Source of the DNA: a virus
Taxonomy: Duplodnaviria; Heunggongvirae; Uroviricota; Caudoviricetes
Virus record (IMG/VR): IMGVR_UViG_3300029288_000078
Span: 118,733-182,732 of that record
DNA length: 64,000 nt
Direction: 5' to 3' (one strand)
A program made the position numbers and the translations under genes. Every line of letters begins with the position of its first letter. Within the stretch, counting starts at the first letter, position 1. The notes beneath the pieces were generated by a model that made no database searches, was not told where the DNA came from, and saw only the letters and a list, made by a program, of their open reading frames with translations. Below, one piece after another: positions 8,304 through 18,217 of this stretch.

Positions 8304-8591
8304 CTATTCACTTTCTTGTTTTTGAACAAGCAACCATTCTGATGATGTTATAACTATTCTTTTTCCTCCCTCCAATCTAAGTATTATTTTTTGTATTTCT
8401 TTTCCAAAGATACCACTCCCCTTAATAAAATTGGCTCCACAAACATCCTCTTTTTCATGTATTGATTTTTTACTTAATTGCCATATTTCTGGAGGCGGTT
8501 GGTTCTCCATTATTAATACAGCTTCAGACATTGTGATGTTGCCGTTATCTACCAAATAAGTAAGCCATAAATCAAGATTTGGATTTTTCAT
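8304..8591 (-). CDS. hypothetical protein
   Basis: Start chosen at the internal Met following GAAGGAACG. The track gives 8609. Confidence 0.4.
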   Translation of the reverse strand: MKNPNLDLWLTYLVDNGNITMSEAVLIMENQPPPEIWQLSKKSIHEKEDVCGANFIKGSGIFGKEIQKIILRLEGGKRIVITSSEWLLVQKQESE

Positions 8592-8692
8592 GTTCGTTCC
8601 TTCATACAAAAGCCCACAAAAAGGAGCTATCGAAGATTATTGATATTCTATTTGCCGTACTCTCTTCTTAAGCATGTTGCCCCAATAAAATA

Positions 8693-8914
8693 TCAACCAC
8701 ATTGTCTGGTTTTTCTTTTTAAACCATTTGCCATTAATTTTTGTTCTAATTCTGGGTGATTTTTTAGGAATTGTCTTAATCCTGCATCGGACTTATATTT
8801 ACATGCTCTAGCGACTTGGTTTATCGACAATCCCTGATCAGCAAGAGCTTCAACTTCTGTTAATACGATTAGCGCGAATGGATCTGTTCTGGTTACAGTT
8901 CTACTGGCTCTCAT
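8693..8914 (-). CDS. small HTH DNA-binding protein
   Basis: Segment LSINQVARACKYKSDAGLRQFL is helix-turn-helix-like. Confidence 0.4.
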   Translation of the reverse strand: MRASRTVTRTDPFALIVLTEVEALADQGLSINQVARACKYKSDAGLRQFLKNHPELEQKLMANGLKRKTRQCG

Positions 8915-8968
8915 TGCTCCTCCTATTACACGTCATCTCTATCTATACCAAAACAGATTTTTTGACAA

Positions 8969-9127
8969 CTATTGCATAAAATCTTTTCGTTCTCTTTCTT
9001 CGTATACTTTAGCCAGTTTGTTTAAAAAAACAGAAACCGCAATAAAGTTTTTATCTGCATTTGCGTTACCCAGTAGTTGGAGAATGTCACTTGCTTGTTT
9101 AAGAGCCTCTGCTTCAGTGATTTTCAT
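8969..9127 (-). CDS. small ORF (52 aa) downstream of promoter motif A
   Basis: ATG 9127 is preceded by AAGGAAGC and by the conserved CTGCCGATATATA motif. Not in the track because it is under 60 aa. Confidence 0.35.
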   Translation of the reverse strand: MKITEAEALKQASDILQLLGNANADKNFIAVSVFLNKLAKVYEERERKDFMQ

Positions 9128-9148
9128 AATTGCTTCCTTTCTTTTGTT

Positions 9149-9167
9149 CTACCCTATATATCGGCAG
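9149..9167 (-). promoter_or_regulatory. conserved promoter-like motif copy A (CTGCCGATATATAGGGTAG, minus orientation)
   Basis: One of five copies of CTGCC-GATA(T/A)(T/A)TAAAGTA placed 25-30 nt upstream of an SD+ATG. Confidence 0.5.
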
Positions 9168-9226
9168 AAAACGTCAAATCTGAAGTATAATTTTAAAGCA
9201 AACCAAAACTATTTCAGGAGTTCAAA

Positions 9227-9625
9227 ATGAGTGAGCAGTTAAAGAAAAGTGAAGCGCTGTGTTTGAAGGCATTAGATGACATGTGTGAGATGTTGGCAAA
9301 AGCGATGCCTAGTCAAAGTAGAATGTGGGCTGGAGTTAAGCCTAGCAAGAATGTACCTGATATGTCATTAGAGCAAGTACAACAGGCTCGCGGTAGTATT
9401 GCACCAATTGAAAGTGAAGTACCAAGTCAAGAAGATCCTCAACAAGACGAAACTCAAGGCGATCCTGAATTGCCTAATATCGATCCAAGTGTAGTTCGTG
9501 ATTTAAGTGGATATACGCCTGATCATTTACACGGCATAGTTCAACATGCTTCTCGTAATATTGCCAACGCTTTAATGGAAAGCATTATGGCGCATCAACA
9601 AGAAAACCCCGGCAAGAAGTTTTAA
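9227..9625 (+). CDS. acidic hypothetical protein
   Basis: ORF with RBS AGGAG. D/E/Q-rich. Confidence 0.45.
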   Translation: MSEQLKKSEALCLKALDDMCEMLAKAMPSQSRMWAGVKPSKNVPDMSLEQVQQARGSIAPIESEVPSQEDPQQDETQGDPELPNIDPSVVRDLSGYTPDHLHGIVQHASRNIANALMESIMAHQQENPGKKF

Positions 9626-10095
9626 AGACATTTGTGATAAACAGCTAGCAGAGCTTCATACACAGGTAGTGATGGATAGCCATTTCGTTGAAAAATCTGT
9701 TTAATAGTATCGTGTTTGATATTAGCTTCTTGAGCGATTTCTTTTAATTCATATTTAGATACAAATTTTCTTAGCTTTGCATTCCAGAAAGCTTTTTGCG
9801 CGTCGTCGATTCTTGATGGTCGCTCTAATGTTTTATCTATTTGAACATGATCAGGAAGAGGTGGCAATGTTTCAATCAGTTCAGGAACGGTTGGATTCGG
9901 TAAATCAAATACCGTTTCTTCTGCGATTTTAAGTTGTTCTAAATCCTTATAAAACGTATCTCTCATTCCTTTAATTGCCGCTGTAAAATTAGCAATTGCA
10001 TTATCTAACTCTTGTTTTGCTTTAAGTGCAGTTTTTTGAGCCTCATAAAAACGCTCTCTTGCTTCTACGTATTTCAGTGTCGATTCGCTACTCAT
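9622..10095 (-). CDS. hypothetical protein
   Basis: ORF whose end overlaps the start of 10092..10559. Confidence 0.45.
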   Translation of the reverse strand: MSSESTLKYVEARERFYEAQKTALKAKQELDNAIANFTAAIKGMRDTFYKDLEQLKIAEETVFDLPNPTVPELIETLPPLPDHVQIDKTLERPSRIDDAQKAFWNAKLRKFVSKYELKEIAQEANIKHDTIKQIFQRNGYPSLPVYEALLAVYHKCL

Positions 10096-10559
10096 ATTTT
10101 TTCCTTCTTATTGTTGAATTCTGCAAAGGCTTGTTCAAACGCTTCATCTGGATTTAAAATAATTTCAGGTAATTGATTTTCAGGAACAATCGCTTTTTGA
10201 TCTAATTCTGGAACGCATACCTCAGTTCGAATTATCTTTCTTGTGCGATTGATTCTTAGCGCTGGCTTACTACGCAATGCAGCAATTTCGTTTTCTAATT
10301 CTTTCATTCTCAAAAAGATTTTATTAAACGCTTGCTCATCTGGTTTTTTCTCAGCAACGTATTCATATCCCACAAGCAGCTGTTGAGTTACATCACACGT
10401 AATTTCACTCGTTTCAATATGGTTAGCGATATCATCTGACTTTAATACTTCTAATATTTCAGCTTCTGTTATACCTCGAAATATTCGTTGTATTTCAGGA
10501 ATAGTGCATATCCCAAGTGTTTGTAATACCGTTTTAATCATTACTTCATTTGTAAACAT
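10092..10559 (-). CDS. hypothetical protein
   Basis: ORF in an operon with its neighbours. Confidence 0.45.
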   Translation of the reverse strand: MFTNEVMIKTVLQTLGICTIPEIQRIFRGITEAEILEVLKSDDIANHIETSEITCDVTQQLLVGYEYVAEKKPDEQAFNKIFLRMKELENEIAALRSKPALRINRTRKIIRTEVCVPELDQKAIVPENQLPEIILNPDEAFEQAFAEFNNKKEKI

Positions 10560-10560
10560 T

Positions 10561-10959
10561 TCACACGCCTTTATCTTCAGGAATTGGAGTGTCTATTACT
10601 GCTTTTAAATAGGCATCTATATCTGTTTTTGTCCACTGGCGAGCTAATAACAAATCTTTTTGTCTTAATCTCTCAGGGATGCTTTTTACACCACAACCAT
10701 CACCAGGAATTTGTTTTTTCGGATTTTCATGAGTGCACACTACGCCCATATTTACTCTAGGTAAGTGTGGATTAGCTTCTTGTACGCGCAGCAGCCAACA
10801 CAAGGCAAGAGACATTGCAGAGCCTCCTCCTCGATGCGCATTCATTCCCACAAAAATAGCACCGTCCATATAAAACGTTGGGTGGCCATTTTGTAGGTTT
10901 TTTAAAACGAAGGTGCTTAACTTATAAGCTCTTTTCTTGTGCAGTTTCCAATTTGTCAT
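10561..10959 (-). CDS. hypothetical protein
   Basis: ORF at the 5' end of a three-gene minus-strand operon. Confidence 0.45.
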   Translation of the reverse strand: MTNWKLHKKRAYKLSTFVLKNLQNGHPTFYMDGAIFVGMNAHRGGGSAMSLALCWLLRVQEANPHLPRVNMGVVCTHENPKKQIPGDGCGVKSIPERLRQKDLLLARQWTKTDIDAYLKAVIDTPIPEDKGV

Positions 10960-11228
10960 TTTTTCAACACCTCACAACTTGACGTTTCATCGAATGTATG
11001 GTGTAGAGCAAAGTGAGAAAACATGCAAGATAAAACTTGCCGCTAGAAATCATTTTTTGGTGGGGTTTTAAAGCCTCACCATTTTTGTTTTTAAATAACG
11101 GAAAATAGTTGTAAAAAAGGCAGGTTTAGGTTTTATCGAAAAGTACTGAACAAAATCACTTTCTGAAAACGTAAAATGTAAATGATTGTAATTCGCGCCG
11201 TATCTTAAAATTTCGTGCAGGGAAAACA

Positions 11229-11489
11229 TTAATTCCTCGTTTCAAGAAGCTTGCTGATATTAGCTAAGCTTGTGTCTATTTTAAGCTTTTCCATAGCAAC
11301 TAAACCACAGTAGTCATCAGTCTCAACCATAATGTTGCCAGTTCCTGCGTCTGAGAATGTAATTTCATGCGTATTTAGCAGTCGTTCTAATACTAATTTC
11401 TTTTCAGGAGAAGATAAAAACGCAACACAAATATCATCAGCTGCCGATTTAAAGTAGATGTTAAATATTTCCATATCATTTCCTCCCAT
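11229..11489 (-). CDS. hypothetical protein (86 aa)
   Basis: SD GGGAGGAAA plus ATG, directly downstream of promoter motif B. Confidence 0.45.
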   Translation of the reverse strand: MGGNDMEIFNIYFKSAADDICVAFLSSPEKKLVLERLLNTHEITFSDAGTGNIMVETDDYCGLVAMEKLKIDTSLANISKLLETRN

Positions 11490-11506
11490 ACTTTAATTAT
11501 CGGCAG
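11489..11506 (-). promoter_or_regulatory. conserved promoter-like motif copy B (CTGCCGATAATTAAAGTA)
   Basis: Motif match lying 19 nt upstream of the SD of 11229..11489. Confidence 0.5.
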
Positions 11507-11542
11507 TTTTCGGAAAAACTCAAGCGGTTTTGTTATGTTTTT

Positions 11543-11884
11543 TTAAGAGGCTTTGCTATACACCCCAAACTCAACCTTGCCCTCATCAGGCTGCTTCTTT
11601 TTCAGACTCCACTTCACAAGTCCTCTAAAAGGAGGCAACAAACTGCAAAAGAAACTTTCGCTTATCCTTGGCTTAACTCTCGCTAATACGGGTATCAGTC
11701 TCGTCATGGCTTGTGTATAACAAACTAATACAGTGCAATTATCCCTTTCCATTATTGGCTCCATCTGCTGAAAATCCAATCCCTGTATAGCGTACAAGTA
11801 CAAAGCCTGTTTGTGATAAGCCTTTAATTCTTCTGCATTCTCAATAATTTCCCACAAAATTGCACGTTGTTGTTCTATAGTCAT
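11543..11884 (-). CDS. sigma-70 region-4-like small protein (putative transcription factor)
   Basis: Segment ALYLYAIQGLDFQQMEPIM...YTQAMTRL resembles the sigma region 4 HTH. Confidence 0.4.
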   Translation of the reverse strand: MTIEQQRAILWEIIENAEELKAYHKQALYLYAIQGLDFQQMEPIMERDNCTVLVCYTQAMTRLIPVLARVKPRISESFFCSLLPPFRGLVKWSLKKKQPDEGKVEFGVYSKAS

Positions 11885-11925
11885 AACAATATTTCCTCTA
11901 ATATTAATTGTTATTTACTTGTAAT

Positions 11926-11945
11926 TGTTAGGCAGTTTTAGCAAG
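11926..11945 (-). promoter_or_regulatory. degenerate promoter-like motif copy E (CTGCCTAACAATTACAAGTA)
   Basis: Related to copies A-D. Lies upstream of 11543..11884 and overlaps the stop of 11928..12221. Confidence 0.35.
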
Positions 11946-12221
11946 CATTTCTCCAAGTAGTTCTGGATGATGTTCTCTTAACAGCTGTTCTAATCGTCTT
12001 ATTGCTTTCATATAAACAATTTCAGCTTTATCTGGACTGACTTTTAAAACATCTCCTATTTGTTCAAAACTTAGCCTATCAAGATGATGCAAACCAATAA
12101 CCAACTTCTGCCTTTCTGTTAGTTCCTTAATGTTGTTCATGGTTTGCGCTAACAGTTTCGTTTTATCTTCTTGGTTCATACTCTTCTCCTCTAAGGTGTT
12201 TTTGTAAGCTTTATTGCTCAC
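11928..12221 (-). CDS. sigma-70 region-4 domain protein (ECF-like C-terminal domain only)
   Basis: LTERQKLVIGLHHLDRLSFEQIGDVLKVSPDKAEIVYMKAIRRL is a typical sigma region 4.2 HTH. Confidence 0.55.
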   Translation of the reverse strand: MSNKAYKNTLEEKSMNQEDKTKLLAQTMNNIKELTERQKLVIGLHHLDRLSFEQIGDVLKVSPDKAEIVYMKAIRRLEQLLREHHPELLGEMLAKTA

Positions 12222-12435
12222 ACCTTCTTATCGACACTATTTGAAAAAACTTTAGGGGATATTAAAACTATTTTCCACAGGTGCTTGACTGGACGACCAA
12301 CCACTGTAAGGTGACGACTAACTCCAAGGATACATAGGCTTTTTTAACTCAGACACTGAAACCGCTAGGAATATCATTTTCTGTCAGTGTTTGCAGGTAA
12401 ACTATAACAGAACACTTAACAAGGAGGTTCTGGAT

Positions 12436-13767
12436 ATGGTGAAATTTGACGAGACTTTTAAAAAAGAAACTTTGGATTTATGGAACAAAGCTAAAATTGA
12501 GCCAAGCAAGCAAAAAGAAGTTGAGAGCCAAGTAAAAAACTATCTCATCAAAAATAAAGATAAATATTTAGCCGTCTCTACCGTTACCGGAGTTCCATGG
12601 CACGTCATTGGCTGCATTCATTATATGGAAGCCAGCTGCTCTTTCAAAACACACTTGCACAATGGCGATTCGTTAAACGCTCGTACTGTACAAGTTCCTG
12701 CTGGTAGACCAAAAACAGGCAATCCTCCATTTACTTGGGAAGAATCGGCAATTGATGCGCTAGGATACGACCATTTATTTGGCGAAAAAGATTGGTCATT
12801 ACCACATGTTTTGTTTTTATTTGAAAGCTATAATGGGTTTGGTTACAGGACACGTAACTGTTTAAGTCCATATATTTGGTCAGGCACTACAGTACAAACT
12901 AAAGGTTTATTTGTAGCTGATGGCAAGTTTGATGCCAATAAAATGAGTACACGCTGCGCTTGTGCGGCAATGTTAAAAACTCTTATTGCAATGGGAGAAA
13001 TTGTATTACCAAACGAATCTGCTTCTGTGCCTACAATACCTGAATGGATAAATTTAAAAAATGGTAGCAAGGGCGAGAAGGTTAAAGAATTACAAAAGGA
13101 ACTTAATGAACATTTTTCTGCCAAACTTACTCCAGATGGCGACTTTGGAAACTATACAGAAAAAGCAGTTAAAACAGCGGAGCAAAAGTTACATATTCCC
13201 GTCGATGGCGTTATAACAGAAGGTGATTTAAATTTAATTAAAGAATATAAAGCTCCTGTAATGGTGCCATCTGAACCAAGTCCTTCTACTGACTCAAATT
13301 TAGCATTAATAGTTGAGGCAAAAAAATGGGTAGGAGTGCACGAACAAGGCGGTAATAATAAAGGCAAAGAAGTTGAGATATTTCAAAAGGCAGTTGATGG
13401 GCAATCGTCAGGAGAAGCTTGGTGTATGGCGTTCGTACAATATTGTATTAAACAAACCGAAGCAACTCTAGGAATAAAATCAAAAATATATCGGTCAGAA
13501 CATTGTTTAACTGTTTGGGGTAAATCGCCAACTACTATGCGCTTGACCAAACCAGAAGTCGGATGTGTAGTTATTTGGCAGCACGGAACCACAAGCAGCG
13601 GCCACACCGGCTTTGTTACTGGAGTAGATGCAAACGGCAATTTACTTACAATCGAAGGAAATACTAACGGTGCAGGTTCTAGGGATGGAGATGGCGTGTT
13701 TTCCAAGACTAGGAATAAAACTGCTGATGGAACATTAAAGGTAGTTGGATTTCTTAAGGTATTTTGA
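12436..13767 (+). CDS. endolysin: N-terminal putative glycosidase domain + PG-binding domain + C-terminal CHAP peptidase
   Basis: ATG at 12436 after AAGGAGG. PG_binding_1-like segment LKNGSKGEKVKELQKELN...DGDFG. CHAP catalytic Cys (GEAWCMAFV) and His (SGHTGFV). Confidence 0.8.
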   Translation: MVKFDETFKKETLDLWNKAKIEPSKQKEVESQVKNYLIKNKDKYLAVSTVTGVPWHVIGCIHYMEASCSFKTHLHNGDSLNARTVQVPAGRPKTGNPPFTWEESAIDALGYDHLFGEKDWSLPHVLFLFESYNGFGYRTRNCLSPYIWSGTTVQTKGLFVADGKFDANKMSTRCACAAMLKTLIAMGEIVLPNESASVPTIPEWINLKNGSKGEKVKELQKELNEHFSAKLTPDGDFGNYTEKAVKTAEQKLHIPVDGVITEGDLNLIKEYKAPVMVPSEPSPSTDSNLALIVEAKKWVGVHEQGGNNKGKEVEIFQKAVDGQSSGEAWCMAFVQYCIKQTEATLGIKSKIYRSEHCLTVWGKSPTTMRLTKPEVGCVVIWQHGTTSSGHTGFVTGVDANGNLLTIEGNTNGAGSRDGDGVFSKTRNKTADGTLKVVGFLKVF

Positions 13768-13853
13768 TATACAATTAAAGCAATAACACCCTCCAAGCCT
13801 CTACTCAAAGCTCAAACCGGAGGGTTACTTTTTTTACACAAGGATTACAGAAA

Positions 13854-14303
13854 ATGGCTATCATTCCTCCTTCTCCCTATAATTTTTACCATGAAGACAT
13901 TGCTCCAGCAATAGCTGCGCTTGCTCACAAAAAAGGCATTGTTGGCTACACTGGCGACCATAAAGTAACGGCAGGCACTCCACTCGGTAAACCTATTTAC
14001 AAAGGTGCTGATAAAAATACGCATCTCACACCTAATGAACATCGCCAAGCTGTAGAAACACTAACCAATCGAGCAAATAGAATAAAAGAACATTTACGTT
14101 ATAAAAACGTAGCTTCTCACGAACTACCAGTCATACATCAAGAATTAAACGATACGACCTCTCAAATAGAAGCTCATAAACAAATGTCAATGGCTCCACA
14201 AACAAACGCTGTCGCTTCGCCAATTAAAAAATCAGAAGGCACCACAAGTCCATTAAGTAAATTGCTTAGTATACTTCGGGGTAAAAAAACGTTTGGTATG
14301 TAG
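13854..14303 (+). CDS. hypothetical protein
   Basis: ORF directly downstream of the lysin. Confidence 0.45.
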   Translation: MAIIPPSPYNFYHEDIAPAIAALAHKKGIVGYTGDHKVTAGTPLGKPIYKGADKNTHLTPNEHRQAVETLTNRANRIKEHLRYKNVASHELPVIHQELNDTTSQIEAHKQMSMAPQTNAVASPIKKSEGTTSPLSKLLSILRGKKTFGM

Positions 14304-14574
14304 CATAAAGTAAACATTCAAACCAATATGGATTATCATCAAACGCAAGTTCGTATAATTTAACACCATAAAACATTGAATCTGCTTTGAAATGCCAGCA
14401 AGTGTTTATTTTACCAAAAGCTAAAACTATAACAAAAAAATCAAGTATATGAAAAACATACCGAACCCAATCAATTAGATTGTTTTTCCAACCCAAGGAG
14501 CTAAAAATACCAAAGGTCGCTACAAACCAAATTTTCGGAAGTAAATTTTTAAAATAAAACCAAATGTACCACAT
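14266..14574 (-). CDS. multi-pass membrane protein (holin-like?)
   Basis: Three hydrophobic helices. SD GAGGAGGAAAA plus ATG, downstream of promoter motif C. Confidence 0.45.
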   Translation of the reverse strand: MWYIWFYFKNLLPKIWFVATFGIFSSLGWKNNLIDWVRYVFHILDFFVIVLAFGKINTCWHFKADSMFYGVKLYELAFDDNPYWFECLLYATYQTFFYPEVY

Positions 14575-14590
14575 ATTCTTTTCCTCCTCG

Positions 14591-14608
14591 TACTTTATAT
14601 ATCGGCAC
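14591..14608 (-). promoter_or_regulatory. conserved promoter-like motif copy C (GTGCCGATATATAAAGTA)
   Basis: Motif match upstream of 14266..14574. Confidence 0.5.
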
Positions 14609-14711
14609 GTTTTCGGGAAACTTAAGTGATTTTGTTAAGGTCGATCAAAAAACCTCCTACTTGCCTCTGCTCCCTCTGTACTGGTAAAATAGAAGAAAAG
14701 GAGAACGCCTA

Positions 14712-15035
14712 ATGACCATCCTGACGCTCGTACAGCCAGAGAAGAAATATTATTTGGTTACACTCAAGGAAGGTGGAGTTGTTAGAGTACAAGCCAAAAG
14801 CTATAGTGATACTGCATATGGCACTTTTGCTTTTTATCGAGAAGATATTGAGTTAGTCAATAGATCGTACAATAAGGGCAGCCCGTTAGTGCCTATCTAT
14901 GAATTGTCTCGTAAGTTTATTGCATCGGTAGAAGAAGAAGGCATGGCCGAAGTTCATCCCGTAGTTGTAAAAAGAAAAACTCCAAAGCAACCCAAAAAAG
15001 CTCGTGTTAGTACTGTTAAGAAACTGAAAAAATAG
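14712..15035 (+). CDS. hypothetical protein with basic C-terminal tail
   Basis: ORF with a K-rich C-terminus, possibly nucleic-acid binding. Confidence 0.45.
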   Translation: MTILTLVQPEKKYYLVTLKEGGVVRVQAKSYSDTAYGTFAFYREDIELVNRSYNKGSPLVPIYELSRKFIASVEEEGMAEVHPVVVKRKTPKQPKKARVSTVKKLKK

Positions 15036-15118
15036 TTACAAAAAACCGCTTAAGAAATGCCATATTCTTCCGATAATAAAGGTAGAGAGAAAATCTACAA
15101 TTGTTAAAGGAGATGGAT

Positions 15119-15556
15119 ATGAAATACAGAAACGAAAAAGAAATCATCATCGACCAACTTGAAACCCTTATCGCTCGCGGTTTAAACACTTCTTTTCCTA
15201 CCAGTGCTCGATTAGAAGGCAATCAATTGCTTTCTGCTGATATGAAATTACTTAGTTCAGATCCAGAAATTGCTAGATTGTTTTTAGCTAGACAAGTACT
15301 GATTGGAGAAAACAGCCAAGAAAACACAAGTGCAGCACAAAATAATGGCAAGTTAAGCGATTCAAAAGAATTATCAGTTACTCCTAGCCTTGTTGATGAA
15401 TTTAAAAAAGCTTTTGATTTTCTCTGTAGTTTACGCAATGAAAAAGATCATGGCAAGGCAATTTTAGGCTTAATTGAAATAGGCATTTTCTTAATTACCA
15501 TTGTTACTGCACTGTCTGCTAATGAAGCAAGTCGAAATAACAAGCCACATAGTTGA
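15119..15556 (+). CDS. hypothetical protein with C-terminal TM helix
   Basis: ATG at 15119 after AAAGGAGATGG. Confidence 0.4.
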   Translation: MKYRNEKEIIIDQLETLIARGLNTSFPTSARLEGNQLLSADMKLLSSDPEIARLFLARQVLIGENSQENTSAAQNNGKLSDSKELSVTPSLVDEFKKAFDFLCSLRNEKDHGKAILGLIEIGIFLITIVTALSANEASRNNKPHS

Positions 15557-15605
15557 TTTCTTAAAAAACTCCTGTACATTTAATCACAGACTACAGGAGA
15601 GAAAC

Positions 15606-15863
15606 ATGAATTGCGCAGAGATAAAGCTTGAAGACAAAGTAATTATTGAAATAGAAAAAACCAAATTCTTTTACATGTGCACAGTCAATCGAACAAATTG
15701 CAAACCTATAATGAAAGAAGATGTAGTTGCTTACAGTAAGTTTGTTGCATTGAAAAATACAAAACCCACATCATTAAAATTAGCAATCTTATCCTCACTT
15801 CTCTGGCTTAAACAGAACTCCAATATCCCTGTAGAAATGTTTAATGTAACGACTGCCAAATAG
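15606..15863 (+). CDS. hypothetical protein
   Basis: ATG after CAGGAGAGAAAC. The track ORF starts at 15501. Confidence 0.4.
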   Translation: MNCAEIKLEDKVIIEIEKTKFFYMCTVNRTNCKPIMKEDVVAYSKFVALKNTKPTSLKLAILSSLLWLKQNSNIPVEMFNVTTAK

Positions 15864-15936
15864 CCTCGTCCTTGCTTTTTGATCGCTCTTCTTCGATAAT
15901 CAAAAACATACATTACACAAAAAAGGTAAACATATC

Positions 15937-16710
15937 ATGAAAATTTTACTTACGTCGGATACGCACTATGGCATTATTCCGTCTAAAACAGCTTTGATAT
16001 TAAGAAAGTTTATTAAAAAGATTAAAGCTGAACAGCCTGATGTAATTCTTCATGCAGGAGATTGGGGCAGTACTCAACAAAAAGAAATGGAAAGCTGTCT
16101 TAAACTGTTTAGAAGCGAATTGGGCATGGAAATACCTATTATTGGAGTATTGGGGAACCATTGTTACGGTAGTGTGGATAAACCTACATGGTTATTGTGT
16201 CAAACAAAACAAAACCTACGAGAACTGTTTACTAAATACAATATTATAAACAGACTTACTACAGAGGATGTTGAGATATTTGGATATAATAGCTGGTATA
16301 AAACTAATCGGCCTCCGTCAAATGATCATTATTGGATTGGAGCACTAACCAAAGAAGATGCGGTGGATAATAGTTATGATTGGCTGCCAACACCAAAAGC
16401 CAGAAACATTCATCAGCATTTAATGGAACAATCTTATTTAAATTGCCAAGAGACATGCGAAGCAATTAAACTCAGTACTGCTAAACAAAAAATTGTAGTT
16501 ACTCACTTCGAAACCATTGGATACAGAAACGATCCTTTTTATGATGGCATGAAAGGTAGTATTGTTGAGTATGAAATGTTGCAAGAAGCCGGAGCTAATG
16601 TTATATGCTACGGGCATTCGCATCGGCCAAGTGATTTTATTAATGAACAAGGTGTGCGTATTTTAAACTGCGGTTCAGATTACAACGAACCTAAATTTAA
16701 GGTTTTATAA
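15937..16710 (+). CDS. calcineurin-like metallophosphoesterase
   Basis: Motifs DTHYG, GDWGS and GNHC are the standard metallophosphoesterase signatures. Confidence 0.75.
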   Translation: MKILLTSDTHYGIIPSKTALILRKFIKKIKAEQPDVILHAGDWGSTQQKEMESCLKLFRSELGMEIPIIGVLGNHCYGSVDKPTWLLCQTKQNLRELFTKYNIINRLTTEDVEIFGYNSWYKTNRPPSNDHYWIGALTKEDAVDNSYDWLPTPKARNIHQHLMEQSYLNCQETCEAIKLSTAKQKIVVTHFETIGYRNDPFYDGMKGSIVEYEMLQEAGANVICYGHSHRPSDFINEQGVRILNCGSDYNEPKFKVL

Positions 16711-16779
16711 AAAAATGATAATTCACCCAAAATATACAGGGAGCTTTTTGTAGGTTTCAATTAACCACAGGAGGCTTTA

Positions 16780-17376
16780 ATGTCAGAACAAATTTTTTAT
16801 CCGCCCAATCATCCGTATTTTATCGCCAGAGAAGATACGCCTGAAAATCTTTTTTATTATTATTTGAAATGTTGTGTTGATTACGTGCAACACAAATACG
16901 GATATTTACACTTTGATTACACTGTCCCAAACGATATAAACAACGGGATAATCAGAAAATTATGGAACGATGGCTCACATGTTATCCCAAAAGCGTTTTA
17001 TTACGAGCGATTTTGGAAAATAATACACAACGGATATCCAGCAAAAGGAGAAACAATACAAGACTTTAAACCAATAAGTAAAAGCAAAACCAAATACAAA
17101 TGGTACGACAATTCATATTCTTCTAAATACCAGAAAAAACCACATCATAAGAAAAAAGATATTGAGCCTAGTCAAAAAGAAATCTGGAGACAATATACTG
17201 GGCATTATCGCAATACTTCAAAAGCATATTGCCACGATAGAGGTCATTTTATGAAGAAACACCAACAAAGAAAACTAAGACAGTGGACAAAACAAAACAT
17301 ATATAAACAAAACTGGGACGTGTTTCATTCTAAACAAGTTGAAAAAATGTTTTTCGAACCATGGGTTTGGGATTGA
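16780..17376 (+). CDS. hypothetical protein, basic C-terminus
   Basis: ORF with RBS CAGGAGG. Confidence 0.45.
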   Translation: MSEQIFYPPNHPYFIAREDTPENLFYYYLKCCVDYVQHKYGYLHFDYTVPNDINNGIIRKLWNDGSHVIPKAFYYERFWKIIHNGYPAKGETIQDFKPISKSKTKYKWYDNSYSSKYQKKPHHKKKDIEPSQKEIWRQYTGHYRNTSKAYCHDRGHFMKKHQQRKLRQWTKQNIYKQNWDVFHSKQVEKMFFEPWVWD

Positions 17377-17508
17377 TTTGACGCAATTTAATTTCAATGG
17401 TATCTTAGTGTTTTGCCAAAGTAGCTTAAATAAAGCAGCTGACCTGATAAACAGCAGATGTGGTATTCACTCCACCTTTGGTTCCATTTTATCTAGGAGA
17501 ACCTTTAC

Positions 17509-17757
17509 ATGCGAAATAAGATTGCCAAAGAATTAAAACGAATATTAGTTGCACACTCGATACAAAGAGTGAATGAGCAAAATAAAACAAATGTCGTAAT
17601 TAAGCGAATCAGAAGCCTTACCGATCTAATAAAACTTACTGATAATCTCGACAAACGAATAGAAATCTATAAAACATTTAAGGCTAGCTATAGATCGCTG
17701 AAGAAAAAATACAAGGCGATTCCAAGAAACCTTCGCCATAACTTCTTAGGCCACTAA
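17509..17757 (+). CDS. small basic protein
   Basis: K/R-rich ORF. Confidence 0.4.
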   Translation: MRNKIAKELKRILVAHSIQRVNEQNKTNVVIKRIRSLTDLIKLTDNLDKRIEIYKTFKASYRSLKKKYKAIPRNLRHNFLGH

Positions 17758-18113
17758 CTGTGTGCGTTTCTCCATTTTGGATCTTTCATAAGTCTTGGCA
17801 TTGTTAAATGTATAGGCGGTAACTTACCCTTGCGGTTAAATCCAGCTTTGTACGCTGCCATTCCTGTAGACATTGCCGTAACCTGTTGTTCTGATTGTTG
17901 AATTGACGATGTTTTGATTTTGGAAATGTCTAACTTGGTATTTTCTTTGAGCCAAAATAGACATTCTAAGTTCGCTTCTTTGAGGGAAGAAAAACCTGCG
18001 CTAATTATTTGACCATGCCGCCAACAAAATGTATTGTGCGTTTGAAATATCTCGGCTACGGACTTGCCGTCTATCAAGAAAGCGCAAACAAAAATAGAAT
18101 TTAATAAAGTCAT
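17754..18113 (-). CDS. hypothetical protein
   Basis: ORF. Confidence 0.45.
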   Translation of the reverse strand: MTLLNSIFVCAFLIDGKSVAEIFQTHNTFCWRHGQIISAGFSSLKEANLECLFWLKENTKLDISKIKTSSIQQSEQQVTAMSTGMAAYKAGFNRKGKLPPIHLTMPRLMKDPKWRNAHS

Positions 18114-18217
18114 AGCAACACCTCTCCTTTTATGTGCTTTTTACATGATACGAAATTAGAAGAGTTGTCAAGAAAATGACGGTGTGTTTTTTTTAAGACG
18201 CTGGCAGTATGATTTTT

